Below, one piece after another: positions 31,759-41,196 of a stretch of 64,000 bases of DNA. Location: NCBI GenBank assembly GCA_013298145.1, contig JAAFJO010000009.1, positions 13,783-77,782 on the forward strand, given 5' to 3'. The notes under the pieces were generated by a model, which had not been told where the DNA came from, ran no database searches, and worked only from the letters and a program-made list of their open reading frames with translations. Source of the stretch: Betaproteobacteria bacterium. Lineage in GTDB: Bacteria; Pseudomonadota; Gammaproteobacteria; Burkholderiales; Casimicrobiaceae. The stretch's first letter is position 1. Every line of letters begins with the position of its first letter. The translations under genes and the position numbers were made by a program.

Positions 31759-32294
31759 GCGCGCCAAAACTGATTGCGATTGTTGGTGCCGAAAGCACGG
31801 GGAAAACCTCGCTCGCCCGCGCGCTCGCGCAGGAATTCCACTCACCGTGGGTTCCTGAATATTTGCGTCGCTTCTGCGATGAGCGCGGACGCACGCCCTA
31901 CGTTCACGAACAAGCGTTGATTCTTGAAACACAACGCATCCATGAAGACGTGGCGCTGCAAGAAGCTGCGGCCACTTATGCGCCGCTCGTGATTTGTGAC
32001 ACCGCACCGCTCATGACCGCGGTTTACAGTGAATTCATCTTCGGCGACGTGGCACTCTATCGGCGTGCAATTGAGTGCCATCATCGCTATGCGCACACGC
32101 TCTTACTTTGCAACGATCTTCTGTGGCTTGAGGACGGTTTCCAGCGTGATGGACCGCAGGTTCGCGCGCGTATTTTCGATCTAATCGAAGCGAACCTTGA
32201 GAGCGCAGGTCTGTCGTACAGCGTCATCGATGGCGATGGCCATACGCGTACACTCAACGCCATGCACGTGATCGATAACCTCCTCAAGCGCTAG
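31755..32294 (+). CDS. NadR C-terminal-domain-like P-loop kinase (AAA/ribosylnicotinamide-kinase fold)
   Basis: The start is refined to ATG 31755, which overlaps the pnuC-family stop (ATGA). Walker A is IVGAESTGKTSLARALA, followed by ...PWVPEYLRRFCDE...LICDTAPL, as in the NadR RNK domain. Confidence 0.7.
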   Translation: MSAPKLIAIVGAESTGKTSLARALAQEFHSPWVPEYLRRFCDERGRTPYVHEQALILETQRIHEDVALQEAAATYAPLVICDTAPLMTAVYSEFIFGDVALYRRAIECHHRYAHTLLLCNDLLWLEDGFQRDGPQVRARIFDLIEANLESAGLSYSVIDGDGHTRTLNAMHVIDNLLKR

Positions 32295-32305
32295 CGCAGG
32301 TCTTC

Positions 32306-32806
32306 ATGGATTTGCTCTTCTGTTCAGCCTTGCAATGGCTCTCGCTGCCGCGCCATGGTTTGAGCACGATTTTCGTGGTTGCGTTGGTCTCTGCGACGCT
32401 ACTGCCGATGGGCTCTGAGCCGGCGGTGTTTGGCTTCGTAAAGCTCAATCCAGAGATGTTCTGGGCGGCAGTCGCGGTTGCCACGGTCGGTAACGCGATT
32501 GGTGGCGCGATCAACTGGTGGATCGGCTATGGCGCGAAGCGCGCCTACGAACATTACAAACATTCAACCGTACAAGCGCGCGCGCTCGCGTGGCTCGAAC
32601 GACTCGGCCCAAAGGCCTGCTTTTTTGCGTTTCTCCCAGTGATCGGTGACCCGCTTACCAGCATTGCGGGGTGGCTCAAGCTTCCCTTCTGGCCCTGCTT
32701 TTTTTGGGGTGCACTCGGAAAACTTTGCCGCTACGTCGTGATGACTGCCGCACTCATCTGGGTATTTCCGGGGCAGTTTGATCCGGCATCGTTCTGCGCG
32801 CCGTAG
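32306..32806 (+). CDS. YqaA-family (DedA/SNARE-associated superfamily) membrane protein
   Basis: 166 aa, starting 11 nt after the kinase stop. ...VVALVSATLLPMGSEPAVFGFVKLNPEMFWAAVAVATVGNAIGGAINWWIGYG... is typical of YqaA. Confidence 0.72.
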   Translation: MDLLFCSALQWLSLPRHGLSTIFVVALVSATLLPMGSEPAVFGFVKLNPEMFWAAVAVATVGNAIGGAINWWIGYGAKRAYEHYKHSTVQARALAWLERLGPKACFFAFLPVIGDPLTSIAGWLKLPFWPCFFWGALGKLCRYVVMTAALIWVFPGQFDPASFCAP

Positions 32807-32867
32807 ACTTCGCGCAAACACCGAACGGTCCGCCTAGCGCGCAAATGAATGTCGGCGTTTTTCAGCG

Positions 32868-33404
32868 CTAAGGAATCTTCACTTCGTCTTGGTTCGGCTT
32901 TGACTTACACGGGCCGACGAAACGAGCGCTCATGGTTTGCTGCACCTGGGTGACGCCGGACACCGATTGAGGATAGCGCGTTGTCATCGCAAATTCAAAA
33001 CGCTTCGCAGCCACGTTTCCCTTTGCCGTGCCCGTCAATGATTTGCCGTCATCACACGAGAATTCAAAGCTCACCTGCGCTGGCGCACCCGAAGCGCTCG
33101 CGCGTGAGCGCTCAAAGTTAGTACTTGGGCAACGCGCTTCGCTCGACGCGAGGGTTTGCAATGCAAACGCGCTACCGCTTTCAAAATCAGCCACAGATCG
33201 GCAGGCGTTAAACGTAACCGTGGGAAAGTTAACCCGCATGTCTTCCGGAATCGATTTCAAGTCGGTGCTGATCGTGTATTGCCAGTCGCCCGCCGTTTGC
33301 GCGTTGGCGGCGAAAGCAAACGCAGAGCACCAGAACGCGAGTGCTGTGCGCGCGCTGACTGCAATCCTGTAACAGCACCGCGGGCTAAATAAACTTGGTT
33401 TCAT
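32868..33404 (-). CDS. DUF3617-like secreted protein/lipoprotein (paralogue 1)
   Basis: The signal peptide ends in AFAANAQ. After it comes GDWQY...IPEDMRVNFPTVTFNAC, resembling the neighbouring paralogue. The start could be ATG 33404 or TTG 33425. Confidence 0.55.
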   Translation of the reverse strand: MKPSLFSPRCCYRIAVSARTALAFWCSAFAFAANAQTAGDWQYTISTDLKSIPEDMRVNFPTVTFNACRSVADFESGSAFALQTLASSEARCPSTNFERSRASASGAPAQVSFEFSCDDGKSLTGTAKGNVAAKRFEFAMTTRYPQSVSGVTQVQQTMSARFVGPCKSKPNQDEVKIP

Positions 33405-33433
33405 AAGGCGAGTGTATCTCTGCAATTAACTCG

Positions 33434-33466
33434 AAAAAATAAACAAAAAGCGACCCGAAGGTCGCT
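33434..33466 (-). terminator. Rho-independent terminator between the two DUF3617-like genes
   Basis: On the minus strand: stem AGCGACC, loop TTCG, stem GGTCGCT, followed by TTTTGTTTATTTTTT. Confidence 0.8.
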
Positions 33467-33513
33467 CTTTTCTAGCGGGAAAAGCTTTTTCGCTCGCCGC
33501 GATTGATGCGCTA

Positions 33514-33957
33514 CTAGCAACCACCCAAGCGCTTGGAGCTCATCGACATGTTCATCTTGCCGCCCATGGCCTTCGCCGTGCCGCCTGTCATCGTCATCTT
33601 CGCATCCATCTGCGTTGCCGTCGCGGTCATGTCATAGGTCATCACCATTGGCTCGGGCGAATCTTTCATCCGGCAGGTTGCCGTGAATTGAAAGCGGTTT
33701 CCAGATTGCTTGACGTCGCTGTATTTGCAATCCATCCCCGCGTCTTTTTGCGCGGAAAGATTGCGGCCTTCATCAATGTCTTTCTGAGTGACACACTGCT
33801 CAAAGCTCATCGGAATCGATCCAATTCCAGGGATTTCAGTGCGCGTGGTGTAGCTCCACTTGCCTGGCTGTGTGTCGAATTTAGGCATTTGTGCCGATGC
33901 GCCGAAGGCTGCGAAAAGTGAGGCAATTGCAATAGAGCCCAGTGCAAATCGTTTCAT
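33514..33957 (-). CDS. DUF3617-like secreted protein (paralogue 2)
   Basis: The start is refined to ATG 33957 (MKRFALGSIAIASLFAAFGASAQ). PGKWSYTTRTEIPGIGSIPMSFEQCVTQKDIDEG...C.. follows the pattern I recall for DUF3617. Confidence 0.62.
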   Translation of the reverse strand: MKRFALGSIAIASLFAAFGASAQMPKFDTQPGKWSYTTRTEIPGIGSIPMSFEQCVTQKDIDEGRNLSAQKDAGMDCKYSDVKQSGNRFQFTATCRMKDSPEPMVMTYDMTATATQMDAKMTMTGGTAKAMGGKMNMSMSSKRLGGC

Positions 33958-34300
33958 AGTGGTTCCCCGGAGTCCTGTAAATAACAAAGTTTAGGTGCAC
34001 TCTGAGTCGTCGCGACTCGGCACGCGGTTCAATAGACGAGAAAACCTAGTCGCGTACGACATGAACCGCGCAGGATGTCACAAGTGTTGCCATCGCCTGC
34101 TCGCAGTAAGGCTCGAGCTGGAGATCAACGATTCAATGCCCCTAGACGATGACCGCGACATCAAATCTAAAGCGGAACTAACTTATAGAAACATCTCAAA
34201 ACGACCATTTATAGCGGGCACTACGCGATTTTTTCTACAGTTTCGTCTATATGCGTTTCAATGCGTTCGCCCCATTTTAAACGGACGTCTGATGGAAAAG

Positions 34301-36460
34301 CTAGGTTCGTTTGGCGAAAAATTTGATGGGCGCACCGGCAGCTGGGAGCGACGCAATCGACGGCGGTGGTGATTTCAAAATCTGCGGGCGCATCTTGCCC
34401 ACCACGTGCATTTCACAGGGCTTGCAATCAAACTTAAGCGTGAGTTTCTCACCGCTTGAGATCAACGTCATTGGCTCCGCGCGAATCTGCCCTTGCACGC
34501 CCTGCACGCCCTTGGCTTGTTTCGGACACAAGTTAAACGCAAAACGCAAGCAGTGCTTTGTAATCATGAGGGGCACATCGCCCGCCTCCTGATGCGACTC
34601 GTAGGCAGCATCAATCATCTTCACACCATGTTTTTCATAGAACGTACGGGCGGCGCTGTTGTACACGTTCGCGAGAAAGCTGAGGGTTTCGCTCGGATAC
34701 GGCACCAGCGGTTCGGTCGCCGCGGCACGCTGCCAGCGCACAAATGCGCGATCACGCGCCAGATCGAGCGCCGCCACTGCATCACGGCGCAACGAATTGA
34801 TCACCGATGCCGGCACGAACGGCACACTCGCGACATCGAGTTCAATCGAGGCGGCATCCACCGAATAGATCGTGTTGCCGAGCTTCGCCAGATTCTCGCG
34901 CAATGTGGTTTCGGCCTTTGCGAGATCTTTAGCCGCCTCTTTTGGATGGGCCACTGCGACGCGAGCCATGTGCCCCGCTTCGTCTTCGATCACAAGCACA
35001 TAGCCATCAGGCGTATCGCTGAAGCGCATCCTGACCGAAATTCGACGCTCAGAAGAAGGCTTCGCAAGCGTTTGCTCCCACACATGATCCCGATTGCGAT
35101 GCAAGAGCGTGCCCACTTTGAGCCCCGGAAGTTCGGCGAGCTTCGCATTAGGCTCCAACCGCCAACGATTACCGTGCGAGCCCATCTGCGTTGCGACGTT
35201 CACCTGCATGCCTTGCAATTCGCGGCCGTGAAAATAGGTCAATCCGTCGCCGTTAGCGAACTGCGCATTGACTTCCTTCGAGGCATTCGGCTCAATCTGT
35301 TTCGAGCCACGCACCTCATGTCGATCATCTGGATGTTTAGCAGCCGTGGATAGAACGATCTCTTTCTCGGCGAGCGCATTCATTTCCGAGGCGTCATCAG
35401 TCTCGCCAAGCGTCTCCACTTCAATCAGCGAATTGCCGCCCTCGCGGATGAGGCGCGTAACCCGAGCAACAGCAAGCCCGGCATGAACCGGCGTATCAAA
35501 AGCGCCAATATCGCCCTGCCTGCCGTTGACAAAATAGTCGGTACTGCTTCGGTTAAACGTTCGAGAAGGATCGGGCGTAAACGTGTAGCTACAGCGGCCA
35601 TGCGAAACCGAGGCAAGACGCGCGTCGCCCACGCTGGCGAGCTCTGGGCGTTGATCAAGGATTTGGTCGATGAGGCGTCTGTAATGGGCCGTAACGTTTT
35701 TTACGTACGACATGTGTTTGTAGCGACCTTCGATCTTGAAGCTGCGAATTCCCGCTTCGATCAAGCGCTCTAAGTTTGCGCTTTGATCGTTGTCTTTCAT
35801 CGAAAGCAAGTGCTGATCAAACGCCACCACCGCCCCGTTGTTGTCGACCAAGGTGTAAGGCAATCGACATTCTTGCGAGCAGGAGCCGCGATTGGCGCTT
35901 CGGCCCGTGTGCGCCTCGGAGATGTAGCAGTTACCCGAGAATGCAACGCAGAGCGCGCCGTGCACGAAAAATTCAAGGGCCACATCGTCGCGAATCGCGG
36001 CGCGGATCTTGGCGATTTGAGTGAGCGTGAGTTCGCGCGCGAGCACCAACTGCGAAAAGCCCGCGTGGCTCAGAAACTCGGCCTTCTCAAGCGTGCGAAT
36101 GTCGCATTGCGTCGACGCGTGCATCGCAATTGGCGGCAGATCGAGTTGGAGAATGCCCATGTCTTGCACGATCAACGCATCGACACCAGCTTCATACAAA
36201 TCGCGAATCAAGCGCTCAGCTAGCCGCAATTCGCTTTCGTGAAGAATGGTGTTTACAGTCGTGAAGATTCGGGCGTGATAGCGATGAGCAAAGGCGCACA
36301 GCGCGGCAATATCTTCAATGGTGTTGTCTGCTTTCGTGCGCGCGCCGAATGCAGGGCCACCGATGTAGACCGCATCGGCGCCGTGCAGAATCGCCTCACG
36401 TCCGATCGTTGCGTCACGTGCCGGGGCGAGGAGTTCGAGTTGAAAGCGTGAAAGGCTCAT
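34301..36460 (-). CDS. Peptidase U32-family protein, long form (RlhA/YdcP-like, candidate 23S rRNA 5-hydroxycytidine synthase)
   Basis: 719 aa. The N-terminus ELLAPARDATIGREAILHGADAVYIGGPAFGAR...TTVNTILHE...DALIVQDMG is the U32 core, with a long C-terminal extension as in YdcP. Confidence 0.82.
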   Translation of the reverse strand: MSLSRFQLELLAPARDATIGREAILHGADAVYIGGPAFGARTKADNTIEDIAALCAFAHRYHARIFTTVNTILHESELRLAERLIRDLYEAGVDALIVQDMGILQLDLPPIAMHASTQCDIRTLEKAEFLSHAGFSQLVLARELTLTQIAKIRAAIRDDVALEFFVHGALCVAFSGNCYISEAHTGRSANRGSCSQECRLPYTLVDNNGAVVAFDQHLLSMKDNDQSANLERLIEAGIRSFKIEGRYKHMSYVKNVTAHYRRLIDQILDQRPELASVGDARLASVSHGRCSYTFTPDPSRTFNRSSTDYFVNGRQGDIGAFDTPVHAGLAVARVTRLIREGGNSLIEVETLGETDDASEMNALAEKEIVLSTAAKHPDDRHEVRGSKQIEPNASKEVNAQFANGDGLTYFHGRELQGMQVNVATQMGSHGNRWRLEPNAKLAELPGLKVGTLLHRNRDHVWEQTLAKPSSERRISVRMRFSDTPDGYVLVIEDEAGHMARVAVAHPKEAAKDLAKAETTLRENLAKLGNTIYSVDAASIELDVASVPFVPASVINSLRRDAVAALDLARDRAFVRWQRAAATEPLVPYPSETLSFLANVYNSAARTFYEKHGVKMIDAAYESHQEAGDVPLMITKHCLRFAFNLCPKQAKGVQGVQGQIRAEPMTLISSGEKLTLKFDCKPCEMHVVGKMRPQILKSPPPSIASLPAAGAPIKFFAKRT

Positions 36461-36575
36461 GCGGCACGGCGTTTGGAAGGAATCGCAATTTTCTTACAAA
36501 TGCATTCATCGCGGGTCGGTTGCGTGAAGTGCAGCACGGACTCCGAGCGTAGATACCGACCCCTATTCGCGATGC

Positions 36576-37046
36576 TTAGCGCAAGAGGAACACTGCGGCG
36601 ATGATGACAACACCGATGGCGAGGTTGATGCCCACCCACGTGCGAATCTGCTCAAGCGCCGCGCCCCCCGCTGGCCAATCGCTCGCAGTCACTGCGCGCT
36701 GCAAGCGTTTGAAGAGCGCAAACCGGATGTGCCCAAAAATCAAAATCATCACCACGCCGAGCACGGTCATCACCAACCACGACGTCGGCCAAGCGAATGA
36801 GCCGCCTGCTTGCACCGTTTGCTTGGCAACGCGCCCGATCATCCAAAGCCCAGAAAAAAGCGCGAGCGTCGATACGTACAACACTGCCTTGAAGAAGCGC
36901 CCAAGCACATCATGCATGAGCTGCACGCGTTGGGCAGGCGCAAGCGGAGTGAGTGACGGCCTAAGGAAAAAGAGTGTGTAGACCATGCCGCCGATCCAAA
37001 CGATGATCGAGAGCACGTGTACGAATTTGAGGAGGTTGTAAAGCAT
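36576..37046 (-). CDS. Four-TM membrane protein, CopD/HemJ-superfamily-like
   Basis: 156 aa. MLYNLLKFVHVLSIIVWIGGMVYTLFFLRP... shows the N-terminal His-containing helix pattern of CopD-like proteins. The family assignment is tentative. Confidence 0.45.
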   Translation of the reverse strand: MLYNLLKFVHVLSIIVWIGGMVYTLFFLRPSLTPLAPAQRVQLMHDVLGRFFKAVLYVSTLALFSGLWMIGRVAKQTVQAGGSFAWPTSWLVMTVLGVVMILIFGHIRFALFKRLQRAVTASDWPAGGAALEQIRTWVGINLAIGVVIIAAVFLLR

Positions 37047-37165
37047 TATTGTCGTCGTCTAGGGTGAGAAGATACGCTCGTGGGTGTCACCCATTCGAGC
37101 GCATGAATTTTCGGGCGACGATGAGAAATCTGCGTGCTGGTTAGTACTCGCGAGACAATTTAGTG

Positions 37166-37687
37166 ATGCAGGCGAACCATGAGCTTTGTTTTCATGTGAG
37201 TGAAAACGCGACGATTGAGCAATTTGAGCCGCGAGCTGATGCCACGGGCAAACCGGTCGTGTGGGCAATCGATGCGCGCCACCTCGCAAATTACCTGCTC
37301 CCGCGCGAGTGCCCGCGCATCTGTGTGCGTGTCCAACACGCTTCGCAGCTTGAAAGCGTTCCGCCGCTTCTGGCTCGCGTGGGCCACACCATTGTGGTGG
37401 AAACCGCCTGGGCGCACGCGATCGCGCAGGCTGAGCTCACCGTTTACGCGTTCTCGCGACAGCATTTTTCAGTTGTGGATGCCAATGCGGGCTATCTGCA
37501 AGCCACTGAAACTTTGGGGCCGCTGTCAGCGGAGCGTCTTCACGACCTACCCGCACAGCTCGCGGCGCGTGGCAGCGTACTGCGATTCGCAGAATCGTTA
37601 TGGCCGATTCACGATTGGGTGAGCGCTTCGGTGCTCGAGTTTTCCTGCATTCGCATGCGCAACGCTGCCCCGCGCGGCGCTTTCTAG
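37166..37687 (+). CDS. Conserved hypothetical protein (possibly DUF6886-like)
   Basis: ATG 37166 (a GTG lies at 37163). ...LCFHVSENATIEQFEPR...VVWAIDARHLANYLLPRECPRICV... resembles an uncharacterised family I only vaguely recall. Confidence 0.5.
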   Translation: MQANHELCFHVSENATIEQFEPRADATGKPVVWAIDARHLANYLLPRECPRICVRVQHASQLESVPPLLARVGHTIVVETAWAHAIAQAELTVYAFSRQHFSVVDANAGYLQATETLGPLSAERLHDLPAQLAARGSVLRFAESLWPIHDWVSASVLEFSCIRMRNAAPRGAF

Positions 37688-37821
37688 CGCCGACCGCGAT
37701 TTTTGCCTTTACGCTTTACGCCCTGTTTTGTTGTGGCTGAAGAAGTTTTTTACAAGATATCGACAAGCGTAGAAAACGCTCGCTCGCCCCGATTGCAAGT
37801 GGGGTTGAAAATTTATGCCGT

Positions 37822-38844
37822 TTATCTACGCTCCAGCGCCAGCTCAACCAGTTTTGTTACGAGCGCCGAATAGTCGACGCCCGCAGCGCGGAGCAATTCG
37901 GGGTACATCGACGTTTTGGTGAACCCTGGCATCGTGTTGAGCTCGTTCAGGAAGAGTTCGCCCGTCTCGTCTAGATAGAAAAAATCTACCCGCGCCAGCC
38001 CAGCACAATCGAGCGCCTTGAATGCGTCAATCGCCATCTGCCGAGCGCGCTCCGAGACCGCCTCGGGAATTTTCGCGGGGATGTGCATCTCTGCCTTGCC
38101 CGCAGTGTATTTCGTGTCGTAATCGTAGAACTCGCTGTCAAAGGTGAGCTCGCCAACGGGCGAGGCGATTGGCGCATCGTTGCCGAGCACGCCTACTTCG
38201 ATTTCCCGCGGTTTGCTGCGAGTCGCCGCCTCCACAATCACCCGCCGATCAAGATCGAACGCGAGGCGCAATGCAGCGCGTAACTCAACCTCATTTCGCG
38301 CCTTCGAAATACCAACGCTTGAGCCAAGATTCGCGGGCTTCACAAATACCGGGAAGCCCAGCGCGGCGAGCTTCGAGATCGCCTCTTCTGGCTTTGATGA
38401 AAATTCCGCACGTGTAACGAGGCGATAGGCCACTTGCGGAAAACCATGCGCGGCGAGCACCGATTTCGTCATCACTTTATCCATGCACACCGCCGAGCCG
38501 AGCACGCCTGAGCCCACGCAGGGGATACCGGCCAGCTTCAACATGCCCTGCACCGTGCCGTCTTCGCCGTTGGGACCGTGCAGCACAGGGAACACCACGT
38601 CATAGCCCTCCGCCGTCGCCGCTTCGTGCAACACGAGCGCACCGCCGCTTGCTGCGGAGCCATTTGCGAGCGCGCGGGCCGACTCGGGCGCGGGCAACCA
38701 GCGCCCTTCGCGCGAGATCACGGTAGAGGTCACTTCAAACCGATCCTTCGGCAGCGCTTCGAGAATACTGCGGGCGGATCGAATAGAGACTTCATGCTCT
38801 TCGGATTGACCACCAGCAAGAACGAGGACGCGAGTTTTTTTCAT
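37822..38844 (-). CDS. ddl: D-alanine--D-alanine ligase (DdlA-type), outside any dcw cluster
   Basis: 340 aa, [24 protein letters not shown].... It has an ATP-grasp core, the omega-loop motif EFYDYDTKY (Tyr type, so D-Ala-D-Ala rather than D-Ala-D-Lac) and [11 protein letters not shown]. Confidence 0.92.
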   Translation of the reverse strand: MKKTRVLVLAGGQSEEHEVSIRSARSILEALPKDRFEVTSTVISREGRWLPAPESARALANGSAASGGALVLHEAATAEGYDVVFPVLHGPNGEDGTVQGMLKLAGIPCVGSGVLGSAVCMDKVMTKSVLAAHGFPQVAYRLVTRAEFSSKPEEAISKLAALGFPVFVKPANLGSSVGISKARNEVELRAALRLAFDLDRRVIVEAATRSKPREIEVGVLGNDAPIASPVGELTFDSEFYDYDTKYTAGKAEMHIPAKIPEAVSERARQMAIDAFKALDCAGLARVDFFYLDETGELFLNELNTMPGFTKTSMYPELLRAAGVDYSALVTKLVELALERR

Positions 38845-38946
38845 GCGCTCGATTTTAGGGGCGACTCACGTCGCGCGACTTACTGATGCCTGCACTCGTC
38901 GCGCGTTCCTGTCACCCAACCAACAGAGCGCCGAAACAGTGTCGCG

Positions 38947-39213
38947 CTACTTTCCGCCAGGCAGCGCAGGCGGGTTGCTCGCTCGATCCGACATGGTTCT
39001 CTCCCATGTTTCCCGCGAAATCGCGCCGACACCACTATCGCGGCAATTAGCGCGCGGAAGGCGGCTCCCAGTGACTACACAGCGCTCGTTATCCTGCGAA
39101 CTTGCCTGGTCGGTCGGCGCGTCAGCGGTGGTTGGCGTGGTTTCACACGCACTCCATAGCGAGAGCGCGATACAGCCCAAGGCAAGCGAGATTCGTCTCG
39201 ATAAAGTTTTCAT
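38947..39213 (-). CDS. Small putative lipoprotein
   Basis: ATG 39213 gives MKTLSRRISLALGCIALSLWSAC (a lipobox), 88 aa. The rest is low complexity and I recognised no family. Confidence 0.5.
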   Translation of the reverse strand: MKTLSRRISLALGCIALSLWSACETTPTTADAPTDQASSQDNERCVVTGSRLPRANCRDSGVGAISRETWERTMSDRASNPPALPGGK

Positions 39214-39756
39214 GGCTTCGAGTACGTTTGTGGGGAAAAAGCTGTCGATAGGCATAAGAGCCGAGCCACCTCGATCACATGGACAATGCGACGAATCGAG
39301 GGTGAATTTTCTTTGCGGAAACAGCAAATAAATGCGCATTCTCGAGGTCCCGCAACAACGCGTGAAGTCAGGCACCCCGCCAGTCGGAGCGCGACGGGTC
39401 GCTCATGACACAACCTAAAGCGTGAACGTTGCGCATATCGCTCGGAGGATGGCGACCCTCGCTCGCGCGACGCAAACTTTGCGTGCTATCTGCCGCTTGG
39501 TGAAACGCGATTTATGGCGCAATCCCTCGACTGGCATGTCCGTTTCTGGCAACATCGTTTGCGTGCGAAATAGTGCGCCGATAGACCTGAAAGCACTCGG
39601 ACAGGAGCTCAACCGCGTCGAAGAGATGGCTACGCGTTTCTAGTTCGCGCGACGAGAGGTGCGTCGCGCCGGAGGCGGTGCAGCAAGGTGCGCGCAAAGT
39701 ATGTTTTCCTTTCTCATCTATCAAATATAAGGACAAAAGTTTCGCGGAAACTAGTG

Positions 39757-40179
39757 ATGGCTGAAAACAAAACGAAAGCGACCGCAGCAGACGTCAGCGC
39801 CCATATTGCTGCGCTGGAAAATGAGCAGCAACGGGCTGACTGTACCGAGCTCGTCGCGCTTTTTCGTAAAGTCACGAAACATGCGCCCACGATGTGGGGA
39901 ACTTCAATCATCGGCTTTGGTTCTTGTCACTATAAATACGAGAGCGGACGCGAGGGAGACATGTGCGCTACTGGCTTCGCCGCGCGAAAAAATGAGTTGG
40001 TGGTGTATCTCGTTGCGAGCAGCGCGAATCAGGATGAACTCCTGGGCCGATTGGGTAAACATAAGCGTGGCAAATCGTGTCTCTACTTCAAGAAGCTCGC
40101 CGATATCGACATCAACGTACTCGAAGCGCTGATTCGCGAATCGCTCGTTGCACTCAAGGCGCGGTACCCCACGACGTGA
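39757..40179 (+). CDS. DUF1801 (YdhG-like) domain protein
   Basis: The start is refined to ATG 39757. ...DVSAHIAALENEQQRADCTELVALFRKVTKHAPTMWGTSIIGFG...ARKNELVVYL fits the YdhG/DUF1801 pattern. Confidence 0.72.
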   Translation: MAENKTKATAADVSAHIAALENEQQRADCTELVALFRKVTKHAPTMWGTSIIGFGSCHYKYESGREGDMCATGFAARKNELVVYLVASSANQDELLGRLGKHKRGKSCLYFKKLADIDINVLEALIRESLVALKARYPTT

Positions 40180-40274
40180 CGCCCCCGTCGACTGGCTGTT
40201 CGTAAACGGCTAGGCGCGATGGATCGTTTGCGTTGATGCATTGTTAAATCGCGGCGCGCTATGCTTTCGTGACA

Positions 40275-41141
40275 ATGAAAAGAAACTCCATCAAAGCGCC
40301 GCTAGACCTTCACGCACAGCTTGGGCTTCGCCCCGAGCAATCGCTAGCGTTGCTCAAAGCGCTTCATATCGTCACCCGGGATGGGGGCATCAATCAGGAT
40401 TCACGCAGAAAGTTAAAGCAGGTCAATCACTTGCTTCAGTTTTTGGCGCCGCTTATTGCAACATCGCTTGCGGAGCGCGGAAAAGTCGATGTGGTCGATC
40501 ACGGCTCTGGGAAATCCTATTTGGGATTCATGCTCTACGACCGTTACTTGAAGTCGATGACCGAGCCGCACCATGTGTACGGGATAGAAACCCGCGAGGA
40601 TTTGGTGTCGCGCGCTCGCGAGCTCGCGAGCGATGCAAATTTCTCGCAGATGAGTTTTTTGAACCTCGCCGCGGCAGAAGCTAGCGCAGCCAACACCTTG
40701 CCCGAACGCGTTGAGATCGTGACGGCGCTCCACGCCTGCGACACCGCCACCGATGACGCCATCTCGTTCGCGCTGGCAAAAGACGCAAAATTTGTCGTGC
40801 TCGTGCCTTGTTGCCAGGCGGAGGTTGCGGCATTGTTTCGAGACGACAAAGGCCGTGCACTCGCGAAAAGCGCGCTCACTGAATTGTGGCGACACCCGAT
40901 TCAGGCGCGCGAATTCGGCGCGCACGTGACCAACGTATTACGCGGGTTGCGGCTGGAGGCGCATGGCTACAAAGTGACCGTGACTGAGCTCGTGGGTTGG
41001 GAGCATTCGATGAAAAACGAGCTCATCGTCGCTGAGCGAAAACACAGCGCGAATTCAGTATTCGTGCAAACCGCGAAAGACAAATTGGAATCAATGCTCT
41101 CCACGCTCGGCCTGAGCCGGCTCAGAGAGCGATTCTCGTAG
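40275..41141 (+). CDS. Class I SAM-dependent methyltransferase, substrate unknown
   Basis: ATG 40275 (a GTG lies at 40269). The SAM-binding motif I is VVDHGSGKSYLGFML and an acidic motif II is present. Confidence 0.7.
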   Translation: MKRNSIKAPLDLHAQLGLRPEQSLALLKALHIVTRDGGINQDSRRKLKQVNHLLQFLAPLIATSLAERGKVDVVDHGSGKSYLGFMLYDRYLKSMTEPHHVYGIETREDLVSRARELASDANFSQMSFLNLAAAEASAANTLPERVEIVTALHACDTATDDAISFALAKDAKFVVLVPCCQAEVAALFRDDKGRALAKSALTELWRHPIQAREFGAHVTNVLRGLRLEAHGYKVTVTELVGWEHSMKNELIVAERKHSANSVFVQTAKDKLESMLSTLGLSRLRERFS

Positions 41142-41196
41142 TGCTATCCACAGGCAAACAACTAAGCGCTAGCGCAAAATAAATGAGGGCAAGAGA

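Noticed and set aside
33995-34372. 125-codon plus-strand ORF between the DUF3617-like gene and the U32 gene.
   Set aside because: It overlaps the 3' end of the U32 gene on the opposite strand, lacks a Shine-Dalgarno sequence and resembles nothing I know.
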